A DNA stretch of 60,380 bases from Paraphysomonas bandaiensis. Lineage: Eukaryota > Protista > Chrysophyceae. Shown here piece after piece: positions 23,738 to 38,700 of the stretch; within the stretch, counting starts at the first letter, position 1; the number at the start of each line of letters is the position of its first letter. The notes beneath the pieces were generated by a model. It did no database searches. It saw nothing but the letters and a program-made list of their open reading frames with translations, and was not told the origin of the DNA. The stretch covers positions 1-60,380 of the forward strand of contig CBFFRP010000449.1 of assembly GCA_965644295.1 (NCBI GenBank), written 5' to 3'. A program made the position numbers and the translations under genes.

Positions 23738-26700
23738 TTATTTCGATTCTGTTGGTGATGCAGTGCTAGAGGTTTCATATATGGAAACATCACTTTCTAC
23801 ATCGAAGTAAGTCATCGCAGAGATAGTATTCCAGATATCAACCCCACCACTGTCGCTGCTGACATCACTGCCACTGAGTTCCCACTTACTCTCGTTATCG
23901 CTTGCGCCGGATATATCATAACGAACCTCACATTCGTCGCTATAACTACTATAGTCTTCGCTGTCACTATTGCTCGTTGAGGCACTACTCAAATCAGTCC
24001 ACAAATCATCGCTACTTTGCTGGCCAATAGATTCAGATACACACTGCCTCCGACAGGACTGGGTCGGAATTGACATCTCTTCGATGGCAACATCGGACAC
24101 TTCAGGAGAAACTTGTCGACAAGTGGTTTGCACAATAGGCCGGCTACAAATCACTCCAAGTGGCATAGATTCGCTTTTTTTAACTGCAAAAGTAATATTA
24201 TCTTTCCTCCTCTCTCGTATAACTTTTGATGTCTTTGAATGCCTCATTTCATTCCCGGGAGGTAACGTATCACGAACTATTATCGGTTCGATACTGCTAC
24301 TTTTTCGAATTCCTATGGACTGCGACCTTTGCATAATCGATGATGCATTATTTAATCGACTTTTACTCTGTTCATGTGCTACCATATTGTGATGTTGAGC
24401 TATGTCATTCGACTTCGTATATATGGTGCCATTTTTGACGCCGGAAGATACACCCACTGCAACATTTTGGACGGGGGTGACAGCGCTTGGCTTCCTCACA
24501 TTGATAGACTTTTTCGGTACTGTTGTTTTTGAGAGTGGGGAGCGAACAGTTGGTGTGAGATGAATCCTAGGCAGGTCATCAACAATCGGACTTCGAAGCT
24601 GATTTTCTCGGTGTTCCATACTTTGTAGCATATGCTCAGTGAACCTTCGTCCCCTCTGCAGTTCATCTTTGCGAGAGAGGAGGCCATTGTCGGAGTTCAT
24701 ACTTCCATCATGTAATAGTGTGCTATCTGGGGTAACTACAGAGAGCTTGGATAATTGCCTTTCAATACTACTAGAGCCTCTGTTGTCAGTATATATCTCT
24801 TCCATCCGTCTTACCCGCTTATCATTGGTACCAGATTTCACCATAAAATGTATGATAATAACAAATGCAGCAAGAGGAATAAATGGAAGGAGTGGGTTTA
24901 CGCGAAAGAGTTGAATAAACAAGACAACAACGTATCCCAAACCTGATGTTAAAACTAGCTGCACGATAATATCCTGTGTGAGAGGTGGAATATTCATTAA
25001 TCCGGTTAAAAAAAATACAGCTACTTTGCTCATTGCTTGACCGAAGAACTGAAAACGTCGATTGTAGGACTCATTGACTTGCTTCTTGCTCTGTTTGAAA
25101 CTTCTCTTTGGCCATGGGGTAGAAAATTTGGAAATAACCCTGCTCTCAGGAATATCTGGAAATAAATAGGCAAGGCGGTAGGAAACGAATAAATATTTTG
25201 CGGCATTAAATTGAACAGCAGATTTTCCGGCAATAGCTTCATTCAGACTCATGTGCTTTTCGTGCTGTGCTGTTACTTGATTTTTATAACTCATGATATC
25301 AGCAAGTAACTTTCTCTTCACTTTTTGAACATCAGTGGAAATATACAGTGGAATAAGTAAGTGGGTCACGAAGACGACAGCTGAGCTGGCAAGTACGATT
25401 TCAAAAATTAACCAAATCACAAACGACCGAAACCACTGTAAACAATGTTAAACAGTATGATATAACCACTACAACACTTACCGCCACCTGTCTCTCACCA
25501 GACTGCATCATTGCAAATAAATACACATAAAATAGTAGAGCGGCATTCAGGATAATTACAAAAACCCAAGCCATGAATTTCACACCCCAGTTTATACTCG
25601 TTGTATTCTCTTCATCTCTTCTGTGTTTGTCCTCCAGTATTTGTCCATTGACTCCAACTAATAAATCTTTCACAAACAAATACAGAAGTTTTCTACTGAT
25701 ATGTTCTTTCTCAGATTCGAATTCTGTACGCCCGCTCGAGCTGAGCACAGAAGTAAACCTGGCATGCTCTTCAGCTACAACTTTTCGAATGGTTCGTAGT
25801 TCGTAAAAAAGCCTGCTATCTGATGACTGAGAAGAACAACCATTCCATACTGCCAACAACATATCACGAAAATATGATGTAAAATATTCATCCTCGTCCT
25901 TGTTAACAGTAAGTCCCCACCCATCTATGTCACGTCAGAAAAAATACATAACACGCAGTATAATAACGTACCATCAAAATCTCTACGTTGTTCTGGGGTT
26001 AATTGCTCCCTAAAGTTACATACTTCAGTTATCAAGTTGTAAAAATCTTCTTGGAGTGAGTTTCCACACACTTCACTTAGATTGACTTTCGCAGCACGGT
26101 CAGTCTGTTTCGATTCATCGGCTCGAGCCCATGCCTCATATTCCCAGTTGGCTTTTCGTGAGTACGTGTTTTTGGCCAAAATATTAGATATCACATACTG
26201 CACGGTCAGAGCAAATGGCGTACTAACTACTGCAGAGATAATGGCAACGATAACGACACGCTTTGTGCTATCTTTTATTTCCCTAAAATGGCACGAGCCC
26301 ACATCGTCATTGTCATTCCAGTAGCACATCGTTTCGTCATTACTTAGGCTAGATTTTTCGCTCAAACAATTTCTCTCATTGCTGTAGCTCTCACAAGAGC
26401 CATCATCTGGGTCAGCAATGTTATACGTCAAAGCTTCGATAAATAGCATAATAATAACGTTTGAGCAGAGAGAGAGAACTCGTAAAGCGCGAGGAAACGT
26501 TGCCGAATAGTAGAACACTATCCCCAGCCAGCGGTGATAGGTTTTTAATTCACACACAAACTTGTTCCACACGGTATTCGACCGTAGAACAGAAGGGAGG
26601 CTCTCCTCAATACGCTCAAACTCATGCTGCACTCGCATTTTGCTTTGTGTCGACTTACTGCGCACAAGTCGGGATGGGGAGCTGAAATGTAAGCGTTGTT

Positions 26701-29700
26701 TCAGTTTATTCTGAAGGGGCTTAACATTTTCCACAACGGCTTCAATTTTGTCCCTTTTCAGTTGACGCTTGTCAGCGCCATCAGCAGCCACTGTCATCAA
26801 TACGAACACCACCCCTATAAACATGCACGTCAATAGAACTTGCCAACTATCTCCAACTTTTTCTGCATCCAGATCGCCCGTGGATTTCCATGTCGTTATA
26901 AAATCTGATACCACTGTATCACTAACTGCCACAAACTCAACAGATATCCGTTCATCATTATTACCATAGTCATCATTTGATGCAAGCTGGCTGGAACGCT
27001 TCGCAGCAGTTAGATCACGAGGCAAGGTACAAGTACAAGTCGTGTTTTCAGTATTGTATGATATCAGCTGGCACGAACTCGAGGTCGACCCAATGGCATT
27101 ACAAGATGCAGATGGCTCAAACGACGGACAGGTAACCATAAATTCACCAGAACCAGATCCATTACACGCAATTACTACAGGACTACTCCCTAAACATTGT
27201 ACCTCGTGTATCTCCTCCACACCAGCAATACAGTGCACAAAACTCGTTGTCAAGTTTTCTTGTGACATTGTCCTCCAATTGAAAGTGATTTCATTATGCA
27301 GAACCACCGTCAATTCACAAGATTTGTTTGACAAATTGTCACACGGCAATTTCTCAAAGGATACCCCAAGAGGTAAAGACAGATACGAAGAGTTCAAATT
27401 TCTGGTGTCAAGTACCTCAAATACTGTAAGTTGAAGCGGAAGTATAGCACTTGGAATATAAAGATAAGGAGTAGCTTTTCCACTGAGATGTTCTAGAGTA
27501 GTTTTGGGGGTAGACAATTGAGCATTGTCACTTCTTGCAATTGTATATGACGACATTCGAAAAAAACTCGCAACGACATCAACTGCATTCTGACCATCCA
27601 CCATATCATTCATTACAAACTCACTGTACGTCTCCATCAGAGATATATACTCCTTGTCTTTTTTCAGTTCTGATGCTGAAAGCGCAAAGTCAATCACAGC
27701 ATCAATCCCCGTCAATTCTTCCACAGTCATACCCATATCTCTAGCTCTTTCGACAATATCTTCAGCAAGGACGGCCATCAATAATTTGGTTTTATCTGAC
27801 AAGTCATCCGGGTCACTGGCAAGGGAAGCCAGACCAACAACCCACGATTTCAGAGTATTGGGATCTGTATTCTCCAGGGTAGACAAGTTCCGTATACCTT
27901 CTGCAATCATATACCGCAAATCTAACAATACGCTGTGATCTTCTTCCTCGTAGGAGCACGAATACCCGGCGTATCCTCCAAAGCACACACACCGCGCCGT
28001 ACAATGGTAATCCAGTAAACCGCATTGTGGCAGTGAGATACTGGAGTTAAGTAAATGCATATACATGCAATGACCATGACCAGAACATGCGTTTGGACAT
28101 GTTCGTTGGATGTAACCACACATACCATCGAGCTTGCATTCCATAAAGAAATCACCTTCACAATCTAAATCAGAAGAGCATGAAGTGCCAACTGTAGATG
28201 ACGTCAATTTTCGTCGTGCCGTATCAGCATGTAGACATGGAGTGTTCGCATGTCCGGGGTTGCCGACGTAGCCGTCAAAGCAATTGCCGCATGTGAACAA
28301 AACAGTAGAGCAGTTCTCGCGATTGAGAAGCATACAATTCGGAGCTCGTGAACAATCTGTTATGCTAAGTATACTTGAGGTGGTGGCCAGTACATTCTTG
28401 AGCTCGTCCGCGTGTCCTTCCGAACCCAGTACACCGGCCAACAAAAACCCACCCAGATGATCTAACGACATCTCGACTTCATTCACCTCAACATCTTTTG
28501 ATGCATCCGAAAAAGCGTCTAGTTTATCGTATACATTTACTCGGCACCGTATTAAGTTGGAGTGTGATTTAGGGCCAGCCGGTAGCACAGTGGAGGTATA
28601 GGCGATAGTTTGCCTTGACCTCAGCACAACACTAGTCCCTCCGAGGGACTCATAGCCGAACTCATACGTGATTGGTATATCTGAAAAGTAATCATATAAA
28701 AAGCAAAGGTACTTATATACGAGCATTACCTGTATCATCCCACTGGAAAGCAGAGAAGTAGAATGTTGTATTCAACATAATACCAGTGGTCGGTGTTATC
28801 TCAAATTGCCCAACAATGGGAGGTGAATTTGTAGAGACTTCAATTGAGCTGCTTTCTGAAAACCCATTTTCTAGCGAACAGAATAATGTGAAAACAAAAG
28901 ACGACCGTTCCGGAAGTGTATTAGGTACAAGTACAAGGCTCACTGTAACACTTTGGATACTGTCGTCCTCTGAACTGGATGTCAAATATGGAATATCTTT
29001 CGATATTGGAGAAAGTGAAGAATCCACAAGAGAAATTGATGGATCATTAATTGACCACAAAATATTTCCACTTGATTTAACATCTATGTTGGCTAGAAGT
29101 CTAAGTTTGTTTGACGGATTTATTCGTGTTCCACCACGGGAAGACAATGAAATGACTGGTGAAAGAGAGTTAAGCACAGTTAATACTACCACAACCTCAG
29201 ATGTTCTTGAGTCCAAGGGGTTTTTTGATGATGCAATTATTCTGAAATGGAATACATCCCTAACAGATACTTCGGTAGACGAGGACGCATCGACTGACAC
29301 CCGAATAGCATCAGGTGAAATGTGCTCCATCAATAGTCCACATACACTACTGTAGGATGGTAATATTCTATTGCACTCGAAATTAAACTTCAGGTCAGCA
29401 TTCGAGCCAAATGCGCTTTCAATATCTTCGTCATAGCTTGACGATAAATCGATGACAGCAGAACCGTCAATTCTCATCCCTAAATCATATCCACCTGATA
29501 CGACACACACTATACTACCAGTCACCACAAACAGCTGCATAGTAGCAGTTGAAGACTTAAGTGATTCGAGGTGTCTTACAGTTAAAGTGACACTGTACAA
29601 CTCACCCACCACCAGGCTGTATGCAGGCAACTTGAATTCCCGAGGATTAACAGAAACAGATTTCAGCGCTTGAACACTTCCTCTTAAATAAACTTTCCAG

Positions 29701-32700
29701 TCGAAATGTAAGTTCCTGGTGCTCTTTTTACCATCACACTCAAATGTATAGCTGCTCCCGAATACTGTGTAGCTCCTGTTCCTATAAAAAAACACCTTGC
29801 TATCAATACAGTTGAATCATTGCAATGATATGTACCTATGAACAAAAAGAGGGGACTGAGAGTTGATAAAAACAACAGGAACGCTCTTCGAAGAGGACAC
29901 AACAAATGGATGTGCCCCTCTGCCGCACGCATGTAGAAAGTTGCACAAAATAACAATAACATTGTACGCATTTTTTTCATAAAGGTATATTTGAGGTATA
30001 ATTATAGGAGTGGTCACAGAGGTAACAGTGGAGTTAAGGTAAGCTTGAAGTTCTGAAACGTTTAACTGGCTACTTTCAACTGTAATTGAAAAAGAAGACC
30101 AAGGCCGTCCACCAGTCCCGGTGGAGCTAGTTAAGTCGAGAGTAAGTGGGTCACATGGACCAATAACAGCAGGGGATGATATTGACACTCTTGGAAGATC
30201 AACAATCTCTGGAGCGGCAACAGAGACACTTTGCAATGAGTTATACTTCCAGCTGCTACATGTTGGATCAACAGAGGATGTACACTTCGACTTAAGCATG
30301 CCAGCATTCAAGGTAAGTGTTGCCCCAACAGTGATACCGCTGTTGCCTGTTGAAAACATATCCACAGTTGCTTCATTTACCCAGGTACAAGTCACCGACG
30401 AATCAATGCCAGTAAAATCAAAGAGCTCATTACATTTGAAAGTGACTGAACTATGTGCCTTGTTAGTTTTGTCATTGAATAACACTGTTACTTTGCTTCC
30501 ATCACTTGAAAAAACAGCAGACTTCAATACCGGTGGATCTGGCTCCACTTCAGTACTTCTTACTCGAAATATTTTAGCGTTACGATGTACAACCTCGTAG
30601 TCATGCCTCGACGGCCCCAACAGAGTAATATTCAAAACGTAATCACCACCTACGTGGCGCACATATGTTAACGAGACACTTTTTCGCGGTGATGCACTTG
30701 AAAATAGGTATTCAGTCGGTAAAAATGGATATATGACAGTGCCAGTAGCTTCATGGAAAGCAGATACGCTAATACGTAAATATTCACTGGGTAAAATATC
30801 CACTGATAATGTAACCGCCGCAGAAGAATCATCATTGTCTGAAAAAGTCATTTGATTTAATTTCACAGCAATGCTTCGGCAGCAAAGGGTATCAACAGTT
30901 GTCTTCGTGTTTTGCATTAGCGTAGCATCCATGGGGACTTCTGTCGGAGAATATGTAGCACAATAAACATCATACGTAGAGGCAGGTATTAGACCTGTGA
31001 TCTTGTATATCGCAGAAGTTGTCGCAACATCCTTTAGGGAGTTACCGATTAAGAGAATGGCAGTAGCCGTAGGAACGTAAGCAGTAGAGGAATAATAGGC
31101 AGCACAAACCAGAGACCCAGTCCCACTCAATTCCACATATAATGTAATCGTAGTACTAGATGAAAAACCAGATACCGATTTTATAACTGGTGCCGGAGAC
31201 AGTTCATCGAAGTCTACGACCAGCATGGTCAATTTTCCAATAGGACTCGCGGAGAAATGATTACATGATACTTCATGAATAAACTCCCTCTCCTTACTTG
31301 CCATGCCACAATATCCAGAACAGTTAACACACAAGACAGCTTCTAAATTCCCATCGCATTTCAATACACTCCACTCGCTATTACCACAAACATGAGTAGC
31401 TTCATAAGAGCTCGCCGACGCACTAGCAGCCTTGATTTCATTCACAACATTACTCACAATCAACTCATCACCACATTCTGCTTGTGCTGAAGTGGATGGA
31501 AAATTTATATTGCTGATGCTTATCAGAGCGATATATGACGGAGTATGAGTGATCAGTGCTGCAGGTATATGATCGTAAACAAATACTCGCCACTCCGTGC
31601 ATGTACCATACACTTGCTCATTTCGAAGTGACAGATCCGTATACAACAGGCGTTTCACAGTCGCCAAGGAAGATTCGTAGTACTCTAAATACTCATTCCA
31701 CTGAGTCAAAAAAGACAACGATGGTGCCAGCGAAGGTGTACCAGTCGGTGGCACAGAATAAGTTGGAGATAGAGTCGGGGAAAACGTTAATGTCGGGTAT
31801 AACGTTATGGTTGGTTCTTCAGCCGGCGTATCTGTTGGACGGAAAACAGGAAAACCACTAGGACTCAGTGAAGGATATGCGTGAGGAAAGCCTGTTGGTA
31901 GAGCACTTGGTATAGCAGATGGCGTCGAGGATGGGATCTCACTCGGGAAGTGACTGGGAACACCAGAAGGCAATGAAGTCGGGGTCGACAAAGGTATCGA
32001 TGTAGGAGCACAACTTGGTTTCCCTGATGGCTGCATTGTAGGAATGCTACTCGGCAAACAGGTCGGTTCTCCAGATGGTAGACTTGTTGGGGAACTACTA
32101 GGTGATGTAGGATTGCTACTTGGTACACTACTCGGCGTCCCGGTAGGCTGCATACTAGGAGAAGTTGGCATCAAAGTTGGTTGACCTGATGGTTCTCCAG
32201 ATGGTAAACTCGTCGGAGATGTCGGCTGAGAAGTAGGTATCGATGTAGGAACATAACTTGGTTTCCCTGATGGCTGCATGGTAGGAATACTGCTCGGAAA
32301 ACTGGTTGGTTGTCCAGATGGTTCACCGGATGGTAGACACGTTGGGGAACTACTCGGCGATGTAGGGTGGCCACTTGGTACACTACTCGGCGTCCCTGTT
32401 GGCTGCATACTAGGAGAAGTTGGTTTCAATGTTGGTTGACCTGATGGTTCTCCAGATGGTAAACCCGTCGGAGATGTCGGCTGAGAAGTAGGTATCGATG
32501 TAGGAACATAACTTGGTTTCCCTGATGGCTGCATTGTAGGAATGCTGCTCGGAAAACTGGTTGGTTGTCCTGATGGTTCACCGGACGGTAGACACGTTGG
32601 GGAACTACTCGGTGAAGTAGGGTAGCTGCTTGGTACACACGTTGGGGAACTACTCGGCGATGTAGGGTTGCTGCTTGGTACACCACTTGGCGTCCCTGTT

Positions 32701-35700
32701 GGCTGCATACTAGGAGAAGTTGGTAACAGTGTTGGTTGACCTGATGGTTCTCCAGATGGTAAACCCGTCGGAGATGTCGGCTGAGAAGTAGGTATCGATG
32801 TAGGAACATAACTTGGTTTCCCTGATGGCTGCATTGTAGGAATGCTGCTCGGAAAACTGGTTGGTTGTCCTGATGGTTCACCGGACGGTAGACACGTTGG
32901 GGAACTACTCGGTGAAGTAGGGTAGCTGCTTGGTACACACGTTGGGGAACTACTCGGCGATGTAGGGCTGCCACTTGGTATACCACTTGGCGTCCCTGTA
33001 GGCTGCATGCTAGGAGAAGTTGGTAACAGTGTTGGTTGACCTGATGGTTCTCCAGATGGTAAACTTGTCGGAGATGTCGGCTGAGAAGTAGGTATCGATG
33101 TAGGAACATAACTTGGTTTCCCTGATGGCTGCATTGTAGGAACGCTGCTCGGCAAACAGGTCGGTTCTGCAGATGGTTGTCCAGATGGTACACAGGATGG
33201 AGTTGAACTAGGCGTTGCAGATGGAGCTGCAGATGGTTTCCCACTCGGTAGACACGATGGAAGTCTGCTTGGTATACTTGTTGTGGGTACAGAAGTAGGC
33301 GTACAACTAGGTGAACTTGATGGAGTATGACTCGGTTCACCTGATGGTGAACTAGTAGGACATTTTGAAGGGTTGCATGTTGGTGTACTGGAGGGTAAAG
33401 AAGATGGCGAGCATGTTGGCATGGACGGTGCAGAAGTGGGTTGACTAGTAGGTGACGAAGACGGGATCGAAGAAGGCAATGTCGAAGGGGAAACAGTTGG
33501 TAGACTTGTGGGAGTAACACTTGGACAGCTGGTAGGTACGCCAGAAGGTGCAGTTGGCAAACTGGAAGGAATGCTTGTCGGTGATGTCGGTGAACCAGAC
33601 GGAAAACTTGTCGGTGATGTAGGTGAAGCAGAGGGAACACTTGTCGGTAAACCAGAAGGAACACGGGTTGGAGATGTCGGAAGGGAAGTAGGATTGCTAC
33701 TTGGTACACTACTCGGCGTCCCGGTAGGCTGCATACTAGGAGAAGTTGGCAACAATGTTGGTAAACCTGATGGTTCTCCAGATGGTAAACTCGTCGGAGA
33801 TGTCGGCCGAGAAGTAGGTATCGATGTAGGAACATAACTTGGTTTCCCTGATGGCTGCATAGTAGGAATACTACTCGGCAAAAACGTCGGTTCCAGAGAA
33901 GGTTTTCCAGATGGTATATAGGTAGGAATGCTGCTCGGTGAAGTAGGGTTGCAACTTGGTACACTACTTGGCGTCCCTGATGGCAGCATTGTAGGAATGC
34001 TACTCGGCATACAGGTAGGTTCACCAGAAGGTGCTCCTGATGGTAGACACGTTGGGGAACTACTCGGGGAAGTAGGGTAGCTGCTTGGAACACTACTCGG
34101 GGAAGTAGGGTTGCTGCTTGGTACACCACTTGGAGTCCCTGTTGGCTGCATACTAGGAGAAGTTGGTAACAATGTTGGTTGACCTGATGGTTCTCCAGAT
34201 GGCAAACCCGTCGGAGATGTCGGCTGAGAAGTAGGTATCGATGTAGGAATATAACTTGGTTTCCCTGATGGCTGCATTGTAGGAATGCTGCTCGGCAAAC
34301 AGGTCGGTTCTCCCGATGGTTCACCGGACGGTAGACACGTTGGGGAACTACTTGGGGAAGTAGGGTAGCTGCTTGGTACACACGTTGGGGAACTACTCGG
34401 CGATGTAGGGTTGCTGCTTGGTACACCACTCGGCGTCCCGGTAGGCTGCATACTAGGAGAAGTTGGCATCAATGTTGGTTGACCTGATGGTTCTCCAGAT
34501 GGTAAACTTGTCGGAGATGTCGGCTGAGAAGTAGGTATCGATGTAGGAACATAACTTGGTTTCCCTGATGGCTGCATTGTAGGAATGCTGCTCGGCAAAC
34601 AGGTCGGTTCTCCAGATGGTAGACTTGTTGGGGAACTACTCGGGGACGTAGGGCAGCTGCTTGGTACACCACTCGGCGTCCCTGTTGGCTGCATACTAGG
34701 AGAAGTTGGTAACAGTGTTGGTTGACCTGATGGTTCTCCAGATGGTAAACCCGTCGGAGATGTCGGCTGAGAAGTAGGTATCGATGTAGGAACATAACTT
34801 GGTTTCCCTGATGGCTGCATTGTAGGAATGCTGCTCGGCAAACAGGTCGGTTCTCCCGATGGTTCACCGGACGGTAGACACGTTGGTGAACTACTTGGGG
34901 AAGTAGGGTAGCTGCTTGGTACATACGTCGGGGAACTACTTGGCGATGTAGGGCAGCTGCTTGGTACACCACTTGGAGTCCCTGTTGGCTGCATACTAGG
35001 AGAAGTTGGCATCAAAGTTGGTTGACCTGATGGTTCTCCAGATGGTAAACTTGTCGGAGATGTCGGCTGAGAAGTAGGTATCGATGTAGGAATATAGCTT
35101 GGTTTCCCTGATGGCTGCATTGTAGGAATGCTGCTCGGCAAACAGGTCGGTTCTCCTGATGGTAGACTTGTTGGGGAACTACTTGGCGATGTAGGGCAGC
35201 TGCTTGGTACACCACTCGGCGTCCCGGTAGGCTGCATACTAGGAGAAGTTGGCATCAATGTTGGTTGACCTGATGGTTCTCCAGATGGTAAACTTGTCGG
35301 AGATGTCGGCTGAGAAGTAGGTATCGATGTAGGAACATAACTTGGTTTCCCTGATGGCTGCATTGTAGGAATGCTGCTCGGCAAACAGGTCGGTTCTCCA
35401 GATGGTAGACTTGTTGGGGAACTACTCGGGGACGTAGGGCAGCTGCTTGGTACACCACTCGGCGTCCCTGTTGGCTGCATACTAGGAGAAGTTGGTAACA
35501 GTGTTGGTTGACCTGATGGTTCTCCAGATGGTAAACCCGTCGGAGATGTCGGCTGAGAAGTAGGTATCGATGTAGGAACATAACTTGGTTTCCCTGATGG
35601 CTGCATTGTAGGAATGCTGCTCGGCAAACAGGTCGGTTCTCCCGATGGTTCACCGGACGGTAGACACGTTGGTGAACTACTTGGGGAAGTAGGGTAGCTG

Positions 35701-38700
35701 CTTGGTACATACGTCGGGGAACTACTTGGCGATGTAGGGCAGCTGCTTGGTACACCACTTGGAGTCCCTGTTGGCTGCATACTAGGAGAAGTTGGCATCA
35801 AAGTTGGTTGACCTGATGGTTCTCCAGATGGTAAACTTGTCGGAGATGTCGGCTGAGAAGTAGGTATCGATGTAGGAATATAGCTTGGTTTCCCTGATGG
35901 CTGCATTGTAGGAATGCTGCTCGGCAAACAGGTCGGTTCTCCTGATGGTAGACTTGTTGGGGAACTACTTGGCGATGTAGGGCAGCTGCTTGGTACACCA
36001 CTCGGCGTCCCTGTTGGCTGCATACTAGGAGATGTTGGTAACAGCGTTGGTAAACCTGATGGTTCTCCAGATGGTAAACTCGTCGGAGATGTCGGCTGAG
36101 AAGTAGGTATTGATGTAGGAACATAACTTGGTTTCCCTGTTGGCTGCATGGTAGGAATACTGCTCGGCAAACAGGTCGGTTCTCCCGATGGTAGACACGT
36201 TGGGGAACTACTCGGGGAAGTAGGGTTGCTGCTTGGTCCACCACTCGGTATCCCTGTTGGCTGCATACTAGGAGAAGTTGGTAACAATGTTGGTAAACCT
36301 GATGGTTCTCCAGATGGTAAACTCGTCGGAGATGTCGGCTGAAAAGTAGGTATCGATGTAGGAACATAACTTGGTTTCTCTGATGGCTGCATGGTAGGAA
36401 TGATGCTCGGCAAACAGGTCGGTTCTCCTGATGGTACATACGTTGGGGAACTACTCGGCGATGTAGGGTTGCTACTTGGTACACCACTCGGTATCCCTGT
36501 TGGCTGCATACTAGGAGAAGTTGGTAACAATGTTGGTAAACCTGATGGTTCTCCAGATGGTAAACTCGTCGGAGATGTCGGCTGAAAAGTAGGTATCGAT
36601 GTAGGAACATAACTTGGTTTCTCTGATGGCTGCATGGTAGGAATGATGCTCGGCAAACAGGTCGGTTCTCCTGATGGTACATACGTTGGGGAACTACTCG
36701 GCGATGTAGGGTTGCTACTTGGTACACCACTCGGCGTCCCTGTTGGCTGCATACTAGGAGAAGTTGGTAACAATGTTGGTAAACCTGATGGTTCTCCAGA
36801 TGGTAAACTCGTCGGAGATGTCGGCTGAGAAGTAGGTATCGATGTAGGAACATAACTTGGTTTCTCTGATGGCTGCATGGTAGGAATGATGCTCGGCAAA
36901 CAGGTCGGTTGTCCAGATGGTACACCGGATGGTACAAACGTTGGGGAACTACTTGGTAAAGATGTTGGTTGACCTGATGGTTCTCCAGATGGTACACTAG
37001 AAGTGCTTGGTATAGTCGTAGGAAAAAATGTAGGGTGAGGAGTAGGGGCATGACATTCATGTACCGATGTTTGTGAAATGTAAAATATTTGCAATGCCGA
37101 TAGCTCACACAATGCACGTGGATAAATAGCATTCATGTAGTTACCATACAATTCCAGGCGGGTGAGATGTATTAAATTCGCAAACGAATCAGGGACAGAT
37201 CCCGTGAAAGAGTTCTCTCCCATATAGAGCACTGTAAGACTAGTCATGCTTCCCATACTAGGAGGAAGTGAACCTGTTAGGGCATTACTCCAAAAACTCA
37301 TATCCGCAACATTCTGCAAATTCCCAATTTCTGAGGGAATTGATCGACTCATGAAATTCGAAAACAAACGAAACTCACTTAGTCGTGACAATGATCCAAT
37401 ATTTTTAGGAATACTTCCAGTCAAACTATTTCTACTGATATCGAGATAGTAAAGTGCGGATAACTTTCCGATGTCAGAGCTCAATGTACCTGTAAAACTA
37501 TTGAGATCCAGATCAAGAAATTCCAGAGTATGAAGGCTGTAGACAGATGACGGTAAACTTCCTTCAAACATATTATCGTAAACGTCCAAGTATTGCAATG
37601 ATTTCAAAACAGTAAATGAGTCCGGAAGACTACCGCTGAAAGAATTCCTATATAATGAGAACACCTGTAAGTTGGAAAGAGCCGAAATACCATAAGAAAT
37701 TGTGCCCACAAAATAATTATCACTCAAATCAATTTTAACAAGACTTATCATTCTTGAGAGTGTATGTGGTATACTACCAGACAAAAGATTTCTGTCTAAA
37801 GCTAATGCAGTGAGCTTGGTTAAGTACCCAATGCTATCAGGAATCGTGCCTTCGACTGAGTAGTTTGGGAGCATAATACTTGTTATATGTCCTACCGAAT
37901 CGCAGTACACACCTGACCAATTACACTTCTGGTGAATCAAATTAACATTCCAATCGACGATCGCAGAGGTCGAAGAAATAAAATCACGTAGAAATATATC
38001 TTCCCGGAAGTCATAAGCATATGCAACATCCAACTGTAGTACTCTTACTCTGTGTTCATCTAAGATTACTGCGACACTCTCATCTGGAGATACTGCTATA
38101 CTTTGTATAGAGCTAAAAGTAGCTAATGTTCCGATACCGTCATCGTACCCTGAGAACCCAGGCTCACCAGCAACACGACGCACGTCAGATACAACCATAT
38201 TCAAGCGGTGTACAAAGTTACCGCTGTATGTAACAAAAGCAACACTATCATTGTACGTGAGTGTAATACCTAAAGGTAACGTGTTCGAGGCACTTGAATA
38301 TAACGTTGATACAGTGCAACTGGATAGAAGGATCTTCCTGATGCATTTATTCTTCATGTCTGTGACGAGGACAAAAGTATTATCCGAAGAGATTGCCAGG
38401 GATGTCGGGTCAGCAAACTTCGCATTAGTACCAATTCCGTCAGAGTGTCCCATTTGGCCTGATCCAGCTATAGTACTAACAGCTTTTGTACTCAACGTTA
38501 TCTTTCGAATGCGATGTGTTGCATCACATACAATGGCAAAACCATTATCGGAGGACAACGCCAGTCCTAATGGGCCATCAAACAGTGCCGCAGTACCAAT
38601 AGAATCAATGTAGCCGGAAGACGAGCCAGCAAGAGTCGATACATGAGTAGTCGAAAAAATAATCTTGCGAATGCGGTGATTAGAATGATCAGATATAAGC

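Noticed and set aside
32426-37132. Long alternative-frame ORFs (667 aa, 444 aa) and antisense GV-rich ORFs
   Set aside because: These are shadows of the Pro/Ser/Thr codon repeat with no independent coding signal.
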